DNA from: Sphaerodactylus townsendi
Lineage: Eukaryota
Assembly (NCBI RefSeq): GCF_021028975.2
Contig: NC_059427.1
Span: forward strand, 110,050,001 to 110,114,000
Direction of reading: 5' to 3'
DNA length: 64,000 nt
A model generated the notes under the pieces. It did no database searches, had not been told where the DNA came from, and saw only the letters and a list, made by a program, of their open reading frames with translations. Position numbers and translations under genes: made by a program. Shown piece after piece: positions 24,333 through 34,500 of the stretch (positions are counted from its first letter, which is position 1; every line of letters begins with the position of its first letter).

Positions 24333-24520
24333 CTGGGGTGCTGTGTGATTTCCGGGCTGTATGCATCTGTGGCTGGCATCTTCAGAGAATCTGAAGAAGA
24401 AGATGTCAGCCATAGATGCAGGCGAAACGTCAGGAGAGAATGCTGCTAGAACATGGCCATACAGCCCAGAAACCACGCAGCAGCCCAATGATTCCTGCCA
24501 TGAAAGCCTTTGACAATACA
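24333..24520. mobile_element. Penelope-like pLTR fragments in inverted arrangement
   Basis: Left part matches 8980-9070 with a deletion; right part is the reverse complement of 8927-9066. Confidence 0.8.
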
Positions 24521-24662
24521 TTGTCCTCATTAATGTTTTCCCCTTTTCATTATTATAATTTGTAATCAGGAAGGAGATAAGTATCTGTAGCCAAGGCAAG
24601 TATAATCCAGAGGACCCAAGATGGAGTTTCTATCAGAGCAGGTTTCTGGAGAGGCAGACAAC

Positions 24663-25625
24663 CAGGGATGTAGGTATAGATTTTTTTATGGGGGGAGTTC
24701 AGGGCAGGGCCACACTTCCCCCAGCCCCGCCCCTACCCTCAGTGCTTATCAAAGCAGCTCTCCGAGGCCAGGGGTGGCAGACCCCCCCCCCCCCCCCCCC
24801 CACTGGCTGGGCTCCCAGCCAGCAATCCCTTCTGCCCTCCACTCCAGGCAGAGGCATAGCTAGGGAAAATGGAGTCCGGTGCAAAATCTGAGGTTTGTGC
24901 CCCCACCCCCCATTGGGCAGCCACTGTGAAGCTGGAATCCACCCCCAAACAACATCGCTTTCAATGGTGTTTAAACCTGGGAACCCAGGTTCTCCTTTTA
25001 AATCCACCTTAAAGGGAGAATCTGGGGTCCCCAGTTTAAACAACACTGAAAGTGATGCTGTTTTGGGGTGGATTATCCCCCACCCTTAAACGGCATAACT
25101 TTCAATGTTTAAACTGGGGACCTCACATTCTCCCTTTAAATCCATGCCAAAGGGGTGGATTTAAAAGGAGAATCTGGGGAAATTTAGGGGGTGCCTGCTG
25201 TCAGGGGTGCAATTGTTAAGCTAGCAGCGCCAAACTTTCTGGGTATCTTTAGGAGACTCTCCTGATGATACCACCCAGGTTTGGAGAAGTTTGGTTCATG
25301 GGAGCCAAAGTTATGGAACCTCAAACGTGTAGCCCCATCACCTATTAGCTCCCATTGGAAACAATGGGGGATGGGAGCACTCCCTTTGGGAGTCCATAAC
25401 TTTGGACCCCCTGAACCAAACCTCACCAAACCTGGGTAGTATCATCAGCAGAGTCTCCCAACAAATCCCTGCAATTTTGGTGTTGCTAGCCTAAAAATGC
25501 ACCCCCTGCAGGTCAAAAACCAAAAGAACACTAAAAAAATACAAAAAACCCACAAACCGGGGCAGAGCTTTGGACATGTAATGGGGGGGTTGAACCCCAG
25601 AACCCCACCCTTACCTATGTCCTTG
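24663..25625. mobile_element. Non-autonomous hAT-like element in RETN-A intron 2
   Basis: Termini CAGGGATGTAGGTA / TACCTATGTCCTTG; 8-bp TSD CAGACAAC / CAGGCAAC (1 mismatch). Confidence 0.75.
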
Positions 25626-25828
25626 CAGGCAACCGATACATTTTTTAAATAATAAAGAAGTAAAAATGCATGGGTGATTGTGCAGAATATATCCCTGCTC
25701 GTATGGGAATGAAACTGATCTCACTTGCTTCTAGTTTTCTGTATAATAATGGGGGGGGGGGGGGTAAACTTTTTCAGCTTGAGCAAGGGTGGTTTGTGGT
25801 GACAGTAACCCCCTATCTTATCTTGCAG

Positions 25829-25906
25829 TGTCAGCAGCCCTGGCGAGAGCCCAGCTGGTTTGTATAAACATAAGTTCACGTGGAAGACTTGCCGTCTGTC
25901 CTTCAG
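25829..25906 (+). CDS. RETN: Resistin-like gene A, exon 3 (78 nt)
   Basis: tcttgcAG|TG...CCTTCAG|GTGAGT; (V)SAALARAQLVCINISSRGRLAVCPS(G); C-X11-C spacing of the resistin signature. Confidence 0.95.
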
Positions 25907-26176
25907 GTGAGTCACTCCATGTTGCTGTTGTGGAAGAAACTTAAAAGCTGGAGTAATTACAACAGGTGGGCATGAAGGAAAATTACTCTACAGGCATGTT
26001 TTAAAAAGATCTCATGGGTATTTGCTTGCCTTGGGAATACTTGAGTATAAAGTGCAAGCTAGTCTGTTGCAGGGCAAGCAAGCATTTGTATGTGATGATG
26101 CTGGAAAATTAAGATCTTCTGACATGTAATGGATCAGGCATTCAACTGCCTTTCATTGTAACATTTTTCCCCTTAG

Positions 26177-26307
26177 GCTACAAAACTACTTCCTGTTCCT
26201 GTGGAATGGCTTGTGGTTCCTGGGATATTCGAAATGAAAATATCTGTCACTGCCAGTGTGCCGTCATGGACTGGGCATCTGCCCGATGTTGCAAAGTGAG
26301 CATCTGA
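26177..26307 (+). CDS. RETN: Resistin-like gene A, exon 4 (Cys-rich head, stop codon)
   Basis: ccttAG|GC; (G)[42 protein letters not shown]. Completes C-X11-C-X8-C-X-C-X3-C-X10-C-X-C-X-C-X9-CC. Confidence 0.97.
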
Positions 26308-26354
26308 CAATTCCTCAGCTGCTTGCTGGCTCTCTGGGCCTAAGTACTTCGACC

Positions 26355-26360
26355 AATAAA
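26355..26360 (+). terminator. RETN-A polyadenylation signal AATAAA
   Basis: AATAAA 48 nt after the stop, followed by GT/T-rich sequence. Confidence 0.8.
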
Positions 26361-27905
26361 AGCATCAAACCCTTTTTGAGGAGTCCAGTGTTTGAGTATT
26401 TTCCTTGTAGACTAAGAAACTGGCGGGGGGGCGGGGAGGGCTTCATTGCCAATGGGACAAATGCTGCTACTCCATACTTATAGTAAGCTTGACTTTCTTC
26501 TGTTTATATAGGAACCCTGCATCCTGGCTTTTGCCCTGTAAAATGATTCAAAATCTCCAAAGTGGGGAAATGAAGGGAAAGATGTAATAGGTTTGTTCCA
26601 AGACACCCTAAAAAAGTACAGAGGACAATTGACTATCTGGAAAAAATATTTCCAAAGAAACCATAACTTTGGGACAGAAACAGTGTAAGCTTATTGCTGT
26701 CTGAACAGTCAGGCCTCACCTTAGTCACTCACCTGGCAGGTTGACACTCCCCACCCCCCACGACAGCTGCAGGGTGAAGGAAGAGGAAGAGCCACTTGAA
26801 GAAAACTCAATATGAGATAGACTGATTCAAGCAGAATTTCCCAACCTGTGAGTCAGGACTCTACTGTGGGTTGTGAACAGTGGTGGGATTCAAATAATTT
26901 AACAACTGGTTCCATTGGTGGGATTCAAATAATTTAACAGCTGATTGTTTACAAGCACCATTTTAACAACCGGTTCTGCAGAAGTGAGATGCTGAACCTG
27001 CCTGGAATCCCACTCACTGGCTGTGTGAATCCCTTTGAAAGTGGGTCCACTGACAGCCCTGGGGCCAAATGAGTGGTTCTTCTTGGGTAGGCTTTGATAT
27101 CCTAGGTACATTTTCTTTCCTCTTTCCAACTTCTCACATTCTCATCCACCACCCCCTGTGACAATAATGGGGCAGTGGGGCGGGGGGAGCCTTCAGCTAC
27201 TAGTAACTTCACAGAAGCAGCCGGAACAAGCAGGTGTTGCGAGACTGGAAAATAAATGGGAGCTGTGAAGAATGTCATGGAAAAACCAGAGGAGAGAAAG
27301 AGATATGTGTGTGAATGGGCTCTCTTGGTGCTGCTCCTTCAGTGGCCCAACCTCTTACACAATCCCCAGCAATGCCTCACTATCTTCTGCCTGCTGTGTT
27401 AGATATACTGCACTGAGTCCTTTATCACCTACTTCTTTACCACCATCTTTCATCATCATGTATCTCTTCAACCCAGCATATTCTGAGTGCACAGTTCCAA
27501 ATTCCTGCTTGCCCCAGCTGGCAGAGGAGGAAGAGATGAACAATCACTTGCTTGGGGTTCATAGTGTTGGAATAAGCGACTTCTGCACGCCTGGACAATG
27601 GGGGGCTGTGTATCTTTAAGCTGTTCTTTTGTTTGCTCTCCATGTCTAAGGGTCCGCCCACCAACTCCTCCTTCTTCACCTTTGGAGCCGTTTTCTTTCT
27701 TCTCTTTTGTACTGAGCACAATGGTAACGGCTACCTGCGCCTGCTGAGACTTTCCCACAGAAGCAGATCACACTCGCACGTATGTGATGGCATGTTAGAA
27801 TGCCCATTTGTTATAGGGAAGTTATCTCTTTAGTTTAAGGTTTCTATCTATGCTTGTGATCCAAAGCTACTTGAAATAAATGTAAGTTTTCCTTTTTTGC
27901 ATATA

Positions 27906-28137
27906 CCCTGTTTCCCCTAATATAAGACATCCCTGAAAAATAAGACATAGTAGAGGTTTTGCTGAAGTGCGAAATATAAGGCATCCCCCGAAAGTAAGAC
28001 GTAGCAAAGTTTTTGTTTGGAAGCATGCCGGATGAACAGAACACAGAAAAATAAGACATCCCCTGAAAATAAGACATAGCACATCTTTGGGAGCAAAAAT
28101 TAATATAAGACACTGTCTTATATTCGGGGAAACACGG
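27906..28137. mobile_element. Tc2-type MITE
   Basis: TA|CCCTGTTTCCCC...GGGGAAACACGG|TA; repeated AATAAGAC subterminal motifs. Confidence 0.85.
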
Positions 28138-29196
28138 TATTTGTTTGGAAGAACTTCTTTTACTGCACTCACACACTGGGCTGGGCTGATCCTTATTCAA
28201 CCAAATTCCAACACATAGTGGGGGCAGCTGTAATCTTTCTGTGATGTTTGTTGGTTTCTCACAAATACCTGGTTGGGCACTATAGAAAATGGATGCTAGG
28301 ATAGATGGGTGCCAAGATCATAGTTTGCATAGGGCACCCAAAACCCCGGGCCAGCCTTGGATGGGTCACTGCTTAAAGTAAATTTAAACCTGTGTGTCAC
28401 AGCAATACCAAAAAGATTGGGAATCACTGCAATAAAGGAAGCCACAGCCTGCACTTTATAAAACCTGAACCAGATTGTTAATGAAATGATTTTTGAAGGC
28501 CATTAATTCAAATCAGCACCACAAGCTGGAAGCAAATTAACTGTATATAACACTCACTGTTGCTTCCCACTACTTGGCCAACTACGCCATTTTTTCTCTC
28601 TTAATCTATTTTATGGTGTAGCACTTAAAGTGAGTTAAACTTCAATTATCATTTGTAACGATTTAGTAGCAATACAGTGCTCATCCAATCAATTAAATCA
28701 AGGATAAGATTGCAACCTTAGATTCTGACTGTGCCATCTTAAGAAGAGTTACACCTTTCTAAGCCAGTTGACTTCAATGGAATTAGAATAGTGTGATTCT
28801 GCTTAGGACAGTAAATTATATAGCCTTTAAGCCTATAGTTATATGAATATTGCTTGATCATGCAGAACATAAAGAGAAATTTGCATTCAAAAGAGCAATG
28901 TTGCCAGTGCAGGTCATTTATTTACTCTGGAATTCTACTGACGTGAGAACTGATTTAAGAATGCCAGAGAGGTAGTTATGTTAGTCTGCAGCTGCAAAAT
29001 AGGAGTCCAGCAGCAATGTAAAAACTAACAAAATTAATTATAGCAGAAGTTTTTGTGAATCAGAGATCTCTTCATCAGATGCACTGAAGAATACATCCAT
29101 AGCATTCATCAGGCACATAAAATGTTCATGGTTTTCAAAGTGGCCTCTCTTTGTGGCATCTCTGTATCCCCACCTTTCTGTTGCTTGTACCTTTAA

Positions 29197-29447
29197 GACT
29201 AGGACATGGAGTAATGGATTTCAACTACAGGAAGATAGATTCCACCTAAACATTAGGAAGCACGTCCTGATGGTAAGGGCTGTTCAACAGTGGAATATGC
29301 TGTTTTGGAGTGTGGTGGAGTCTCCTTCTTTGGAGGTTTTTAAACAGAGGATGGCATCTGCCAGGAGTGCTTTGATTGTGTGTTCCAGCATGGCAGGGGG
29401 GTGGACTGGATGGCCCTTGCGGTCTTGTTATGTTTCTATGATTCTAA
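29197..29447 (+). mobile_element. CR1 LINE 3' end fragment
   Basis: RTWSNGFQLQEDRFHLNIRKH...VRAVQQWNML...VVESPSLEVFKQR is the typical CR1 ORF2 C-terminus; ends ttctatgattcta. Confidence 0.9.
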
Positions 29448-29689
29448 CTACATCTGCTAAGAATATACAAATCATGCATTTGATGAAACAAGCTCCAATT
29501 TTGGACTTTGGTTTACTTTGGATAACAGATTTATGTGTGAACGTGCTGACATTCAAGACCAGCATGAATTGCTATTCCCATGTATTGTTGTGCCCATAAT
29601 CGAACCCAGCAAACAATCAGACACACCTGTTTGAATGAAAATCTTTTCAGTGGTATATTGGCATAGTATCTCTGGCATAGTCTGTGGAA

Positions 29690-29870
29690 TGGCATAGTAT
29701 AGCCCAATCTTATCAGATCTTGGAAGCTAAGTTGGTTCAGCACTTTGAAGGGAAACCTCCAAGGTAGACTCTGCAGAGGAAGGCAATGGCAAACCTTCTC
29801 TGCTTAATCACTTGCCTTGAAAACCCCACCAGGGGTCAGTAGAAGTCTACTGCAACTTGACAACACTTCA
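29690..29870 (+). mobile_element. 5S rRNA-headed Sauria-type SINE (degenerate)
   Basis: cccaatcttatcagatcttggaagctaag (5S-like) joined to aggaaggcaatggcaaacc...ccttgaaaacccc (Sauria/RTE-type tail). Confidence 0.65.
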
Positions 29871-30654
29871 CACACACACATCTCTGGCATGGTATCAAAA
29901 AAAGAGAGGCCATAATCCTGTGTTTGTATGCACTTGAGGCACTCTGTAAAGAGTGCCTGTAAAGAGTCAACAGAGTGCAAATTGGGGTACAGAACCAATG
30001 AAACCTAATTGGGAGGGACCTAATGCATTTTTCCGTGTTCTTTTTCCTCCATTTCAATAGTCCCTCTCTTTTTGGAATGAATTTTGTTTTTTTCCTACTT
30101 TAGACAAATCAAAGCACTAAAATTAAACTTTGGTATCATTAATAAAAATACTATCATGTTTTTCTTCTCTTCTCATCCACCTGACAGAGACCTCTGTGTT
30201 ACATTTGGCATTCAAGAAACATTTAATCAACCACTGTTTTTTGAAGTTTTCAGTTCGATGGCTTTCATTTTTTTAATCTTCTTCCCAAAGCCCAAATGTG
30301 CAATTTAATACAGCAAGTGTCCATGACAAGTCAGCCTTTGGTCCAGGCAGGATGCAGACATAGACTGTAAAATCATGGCCCGAAAGATCTCCCCCTCCAC
30401 TTTTTTCAGTATCTAGCCTGATGAAGAATTCTGGAGAACTCAAAAGCTGTGTTATTTCAGTTGGTCTCAAATTACATGACAACTTTTATTTTATTTTAGG
30501 ATTTTACAGTGGATTATGCAGCTACCAATGTCTTTGTCTACCATGATTATAAGAAAGTAAAGCAATTATGACTGCTATTTCAGCCTGCCTTTGAGCCCCT
30601 TTTGGAGAAAGTTATGCTAGAATATGTATTGTCGAAGGTGTCTTATGCTAGAAT

Positions 30655-30893
30655 NNNNNNNNNNNNNNNNNNNNNNNNNNNNNNNNNNNNNNNNNNNNNN
30701 NNNNNNNNNNNNNNNNNNNNNNNNNNNNNNNNNNNNNNNNNNNNNNNNNNNNNNNNNNNNNNNNNNNNNNNNNNNNNNNNNNNNNNNNNNNNNNNNNNNN
30801 NNNNNNNNNNNNNNNNNNNNNNNNNNNNNNNNNNNNNNNNNNNNNNNNNNNNNNNNNNNNNNNNNNNNNNNNNNNNNNNNNNNNNNNNNNNNN
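30655..30893. other. Assembly gap (239 N)
   Basis: Run of N. Confidence 1.
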
Positions 30894-31235
30894 TCTTGTT
30901 GGGACAATATATTAAAGTACAAATCACTTATATTGGTAATGGCATATATCCTACCACTCCACTAAGGAAAGGGGTGGCCTTCTTCTGGCCTAAGGACCCT
31001 TCCTCCAACTTAAATGGCTCTTCCTCTAATGGAAGCCTAAGCTTCCTCCAGTTCAAGATTGGATACATGCTGCTGTCTTCACATAAAAGTTGCAATTCTT
31101 ACTACAAATATGGAATGGCACCAATGCCCTATTAGTTCTGCAATGCTCCCAATTTATCATTGCTAGGGAGCTACCATTCCTCAATGAATTCAGGGAAAAA
31201 CTCAAACATTAGACTGTTCTGCAATTATAAATGCT

Positions 31236-31241
31236 TTTATT
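31236..31241 (-). terminator. RETN-B polyadenylation signal AATAAA
   Basis: tttatt on the + strand, ~47 nt beyond the stop, the same spacing as in RETN-A. Confidence 0.8.
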
Positions 31242-31287
31242 GAGCACAGTAGCTACAACCAAACAGCCAGTATGGTTCTAAGCACTA

Positions 31288-31427
31288 TCAGCTGCCGACA
31301 AGACCTAGTTTGCAACACCGGGCAGAAGTCCAGTCTATGTTCTGACACTGGCAGTGGCAAGCAGAATTGCCACGGATATCCCAGGACCCACAAGCCATTC
31401 CACAGGCGCAGCCAGTGGGCTTGTAAC
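31288..31427 (-). CDS. RETN: Resistin-like gene B, exon 4
   Basis: catcctAG|GT; (G)[45 protein letters not shown]. Confidence 0.97.
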
Positions 31428-31529
31428 CTAGGATGAAAAGAAAGAGGTGAAAGGGAAAGGCAGCAGAACACTTCACCTTGTCCTCAATTCCCAATTCTTA
31501 ATTCTCTCCCCCTCTATCACATGACTCAC

Positions 31530-31607
31530 CTGAAGGACAGAAGGCATCAGCCCCACGTGATGTCACACTGGTACAAATAATATCAAGTTTTGAGAGGGCT
31601 GAAGTCC
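31530..31607 (-). CDS. RETN: Resistin-like gene B, exon 3 (78 nt)
   Basis: ccttgcAG|GG...CCTTCAG|GTGAGT; (G)TSALSKLDIICTSVTSRGADAFCPS(G). Confidence 0.95.
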
Positions 31608-32460
31608 CTGCAAGGCAAGACAATCGTTACTTTAACCATAGTCACCCTTAAGTACATAAGAGCACCCTTAATGGATCAGACTAATGACCCACCTAGTCCA
31701 GCGATCTGCTTCTCTGGTAGACCCAGATGCATGGTCTGTTAATTTGAATGAGTGCCCACAGTCTCCAGAATTGCAGGCAAGGGAGGAAAATCCCCTTTAA
31801 TGTTAGTGCTCAGGTCAAGTACTACCTGAATAACTAAGCTGACAGCAAGAAGTAAAAGAAATTCACTGTCATTTCCAAAACAGAAATCACATTCAAACAA
31901 CTCTGGGTCATGTCTGTCCTGGTCATAAAAATAACATTTGTATATGTTTTTCCTTTATCCTTTATAGCAGACCAAATCAGTTCATCTATGACAAATACAA
32001 CAAATTGAGTATGGGCATCTTCAAGTTGCTGATATCTCATTCCATTTTCTTTCTTGGGGTGCTGCATGCAATACAAATCTGTAAAATAGAGAGGGAATTC
32101 ACAGGGCATGGAGGAGGCAGAGCACAGCTATGTGCCTTACCCAAAAACAGATAGCTATCCTGAGTGAAAGTGAGCTAGCCACAATAAAAGAGCTTTTCTC
32201 CTCTGATCTGGACTACAGAGGGGGGAAGATGAAAACTGGACCTTTCAGGCCCTTGCCTGAGGAATAATTTGTTGTGCTAGCAGGGCAGGAGGGAAAGAGG
32301 GACTATGGCGGATTCTGCATGGGCCAAAAACAGCAGTGTGAAAACAGTGAAAACAGCCCAATCCAACACACTAACAACTAACTACACGATATTGTCTCTA
32401 AACCTCTGCTCCCAAATCTCCAAGAATTTATCAAGCTGAAGGTTTCACAGAACTGAATAC

Positions 32461-32593
32461 CTAGTGCTTCAGAGGACGACTTGATCATCAGGTTAATCAC
32501 ATTATCAACTGCACATGACTGAGCACATGACTGAGCACGTATATACTGAGAAGGGATCAGCGCTACAAACAGCAAGAATATGGCTGTCTTCAT
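32461..32593 (-). CDS. RETN: Resistin-like gene B, exon 2 (signal peptide + N-terminus); exon starts 32612
   Basis: ctccacAG|GAAG acceptor; MKTAIFLLFVALIPSQYIRA-QSCAQSCAVDNVINLMIKSSSEAL; phase-1 donor CTA G|GTATTC. Confidence 0.93.
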
Positions 32594-34088
32594 TATCCCG
32601 GTGCAGAACTTCCTGTGGAGAAGAGAAATGTCAAGCCATCATATACTATGCCATGCCAGGGTGGCAGAATCTGGAAGGAGACAAGAGTTCCTTATCACAT
32701 AATAACTTTATAACAACCAATTAAAAATCTAACAAAGTTAATAAAATTCTTCCGCACTGTTGGAAAAGAAGCCAAAAAAAGCCAAATAAAGGGAATGGTT
32801 GAGGGACTTTATGTGAAACCATAAATCATCATAGATGATTTTATTTAGGTTTTTTTTTAAAAAAAAAACTATGATTTAAGATGCAGTTATTTTGGGGGGG
32901 AGGGAGGGGATAATTGTGATTATATCATATGTTAATATGCTTTTTTAAAATTGTAATCTGCCTTAACCCAAGCAGAGTGTAAATGTATTTTAAATAAACA
33001 AATAATACATACATAATTTCCTTTTTAAAAAATAGGCTGAGATTTTGTACATAGATCCATATTTGTTTTGGAATACACAAAGATGCCTGAGTATACTATC
33101 AGTCTATGAAGACTGGTATTGCCTACTCTGACTGGCAGCTATTTGCTATGATCTCAAGTAGAGGTCTTTCATACCACCCACTACGTGATATTTTTAACTG
33201 GAAATGCTGGGAACTGAACTTGAGACATTGTACATGCAAAACAAGCACTCTCCCTAGTCCCTCTCCTCCTGCATGCACTGGAGTGTGAATCCTTTCTCTG
33301 CGGTTTGTTTTTCTTCTTAAAATCCCCTCTCCATTTTCTTCTTCCTATTGAGTTGCAGATGTGTGTTTATAAGAATAATTCTGTACCTGAATTCTTGAGA
33401 GGAAAGCATATTGAAGGAATGATTTTGAGGGGGGGAAATAACCTGCACTCCCAAGGTCTGCCCCACTGAACCCATCAGCTGAGGTTACATTAACAGCTTA
33501 GAGATTTCATCCAAATGAACCCATCAAAGAAATGTAGCTAGAATGACCAGGACCCCAGAGATCCTACCACTTTCAGTGCTCCAAAACAATGATAAAGTAT
33601 GCATTTTGCATCTGCACTTCCAACATGTTCTTCCACATATCCATCGCCTGTATTTCTTCTCCATCTGCTGTGCAGTAGAACCGAAGTCCTGCAGCTACAG
33701 CAGGGAGGAAAGGAAGGTGAACTAATTTTTGTGTGGTCTTTTCCTAGCAATTGCTTATTTGTATTTGCAATTCAGTTTTAAAAAAACTGCTACAGATACT
33801 TCACTCAGTGTTCTCAAAACATTACCTGCATCAATATATGATATAATTGGTAATCAATATAGCCCATTAAAAACAAATTATTGAGAGTTTTTAAAAACTC
33901 TCAAAAAATTCTAAAAACTTTTTTTTTAAAACACACCTATGACCCAGATCAGAATGTATGGATCACATGTTAAGGCAGTTTGGCAAAGTTTCTATTGGCA
34001 GTTTCTGTTGGAATATACACATATATGAAACAAATTCCTATGTCCCATTATTTCCCCTCCCAGCTCTGTCTAACAAACACACACTTAC

Positions 34089-34118
34089 CTTCTAGAAGCA
34101 AGAGTTTCTTTCAGTGTC
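34089..34118 (-). other. RETN: RETN-B non-coding exon 1 (start approximate)
   Basis: Donor GAAG|GTAAGT at 34088, ~50 bp downstream of TATTTAAA; intron start resembles that of RETN-A. Confidence 0.7.
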
Positions 34119-34140
34119 ACTAATGAAGCACACTGTCCCC

Positions 34141-34500
34141 TTTAAATACAGCTAAGTTGCAGCATTTCTCAACAAGGTAAACTTACACTTTTCAAACAAC
34201 GTTAATCTCCTGTCCACAGCTGGACAATGCCTGAAGCAATTCCTTACACAATCTTATAAAATTTCCAGATTTGCTCAATATTTATGATGCAAAACAAGCA
34301 AAAATATTTACTTAACGATAGCAGATTTGGGGAAATAATGATAGTGCGGGGCTTTTTCCAGGAAATATCAATTTGGTGATCTGCTGAAAGAAACCCCATT
34401 TCTCAGTGCAAACAATGCAAACAATGAGATCCCTGTTCTTCAGACGAAAACAGCAACAAATATTAATATGAACAGCTTCCTCCTTTCAAGTTCCAGGAAA
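34141..34500 (-). promoter_or_regulatory. RETN-B proximal promoter: TATTTAAA (34141-34148), C/EBP-type sites (34243-34252, 34271-34279), two TTCCAGGAA GAS sites (34356-34364, 34491-34499)
   Basis: Motifs read directly; region is homologous to the RETN-A promoter. Confidence 0.7.

Noticed and set aside
30602-31135. ORFs spanning the N run
   Set aside because: Artefacts of the assembly gap
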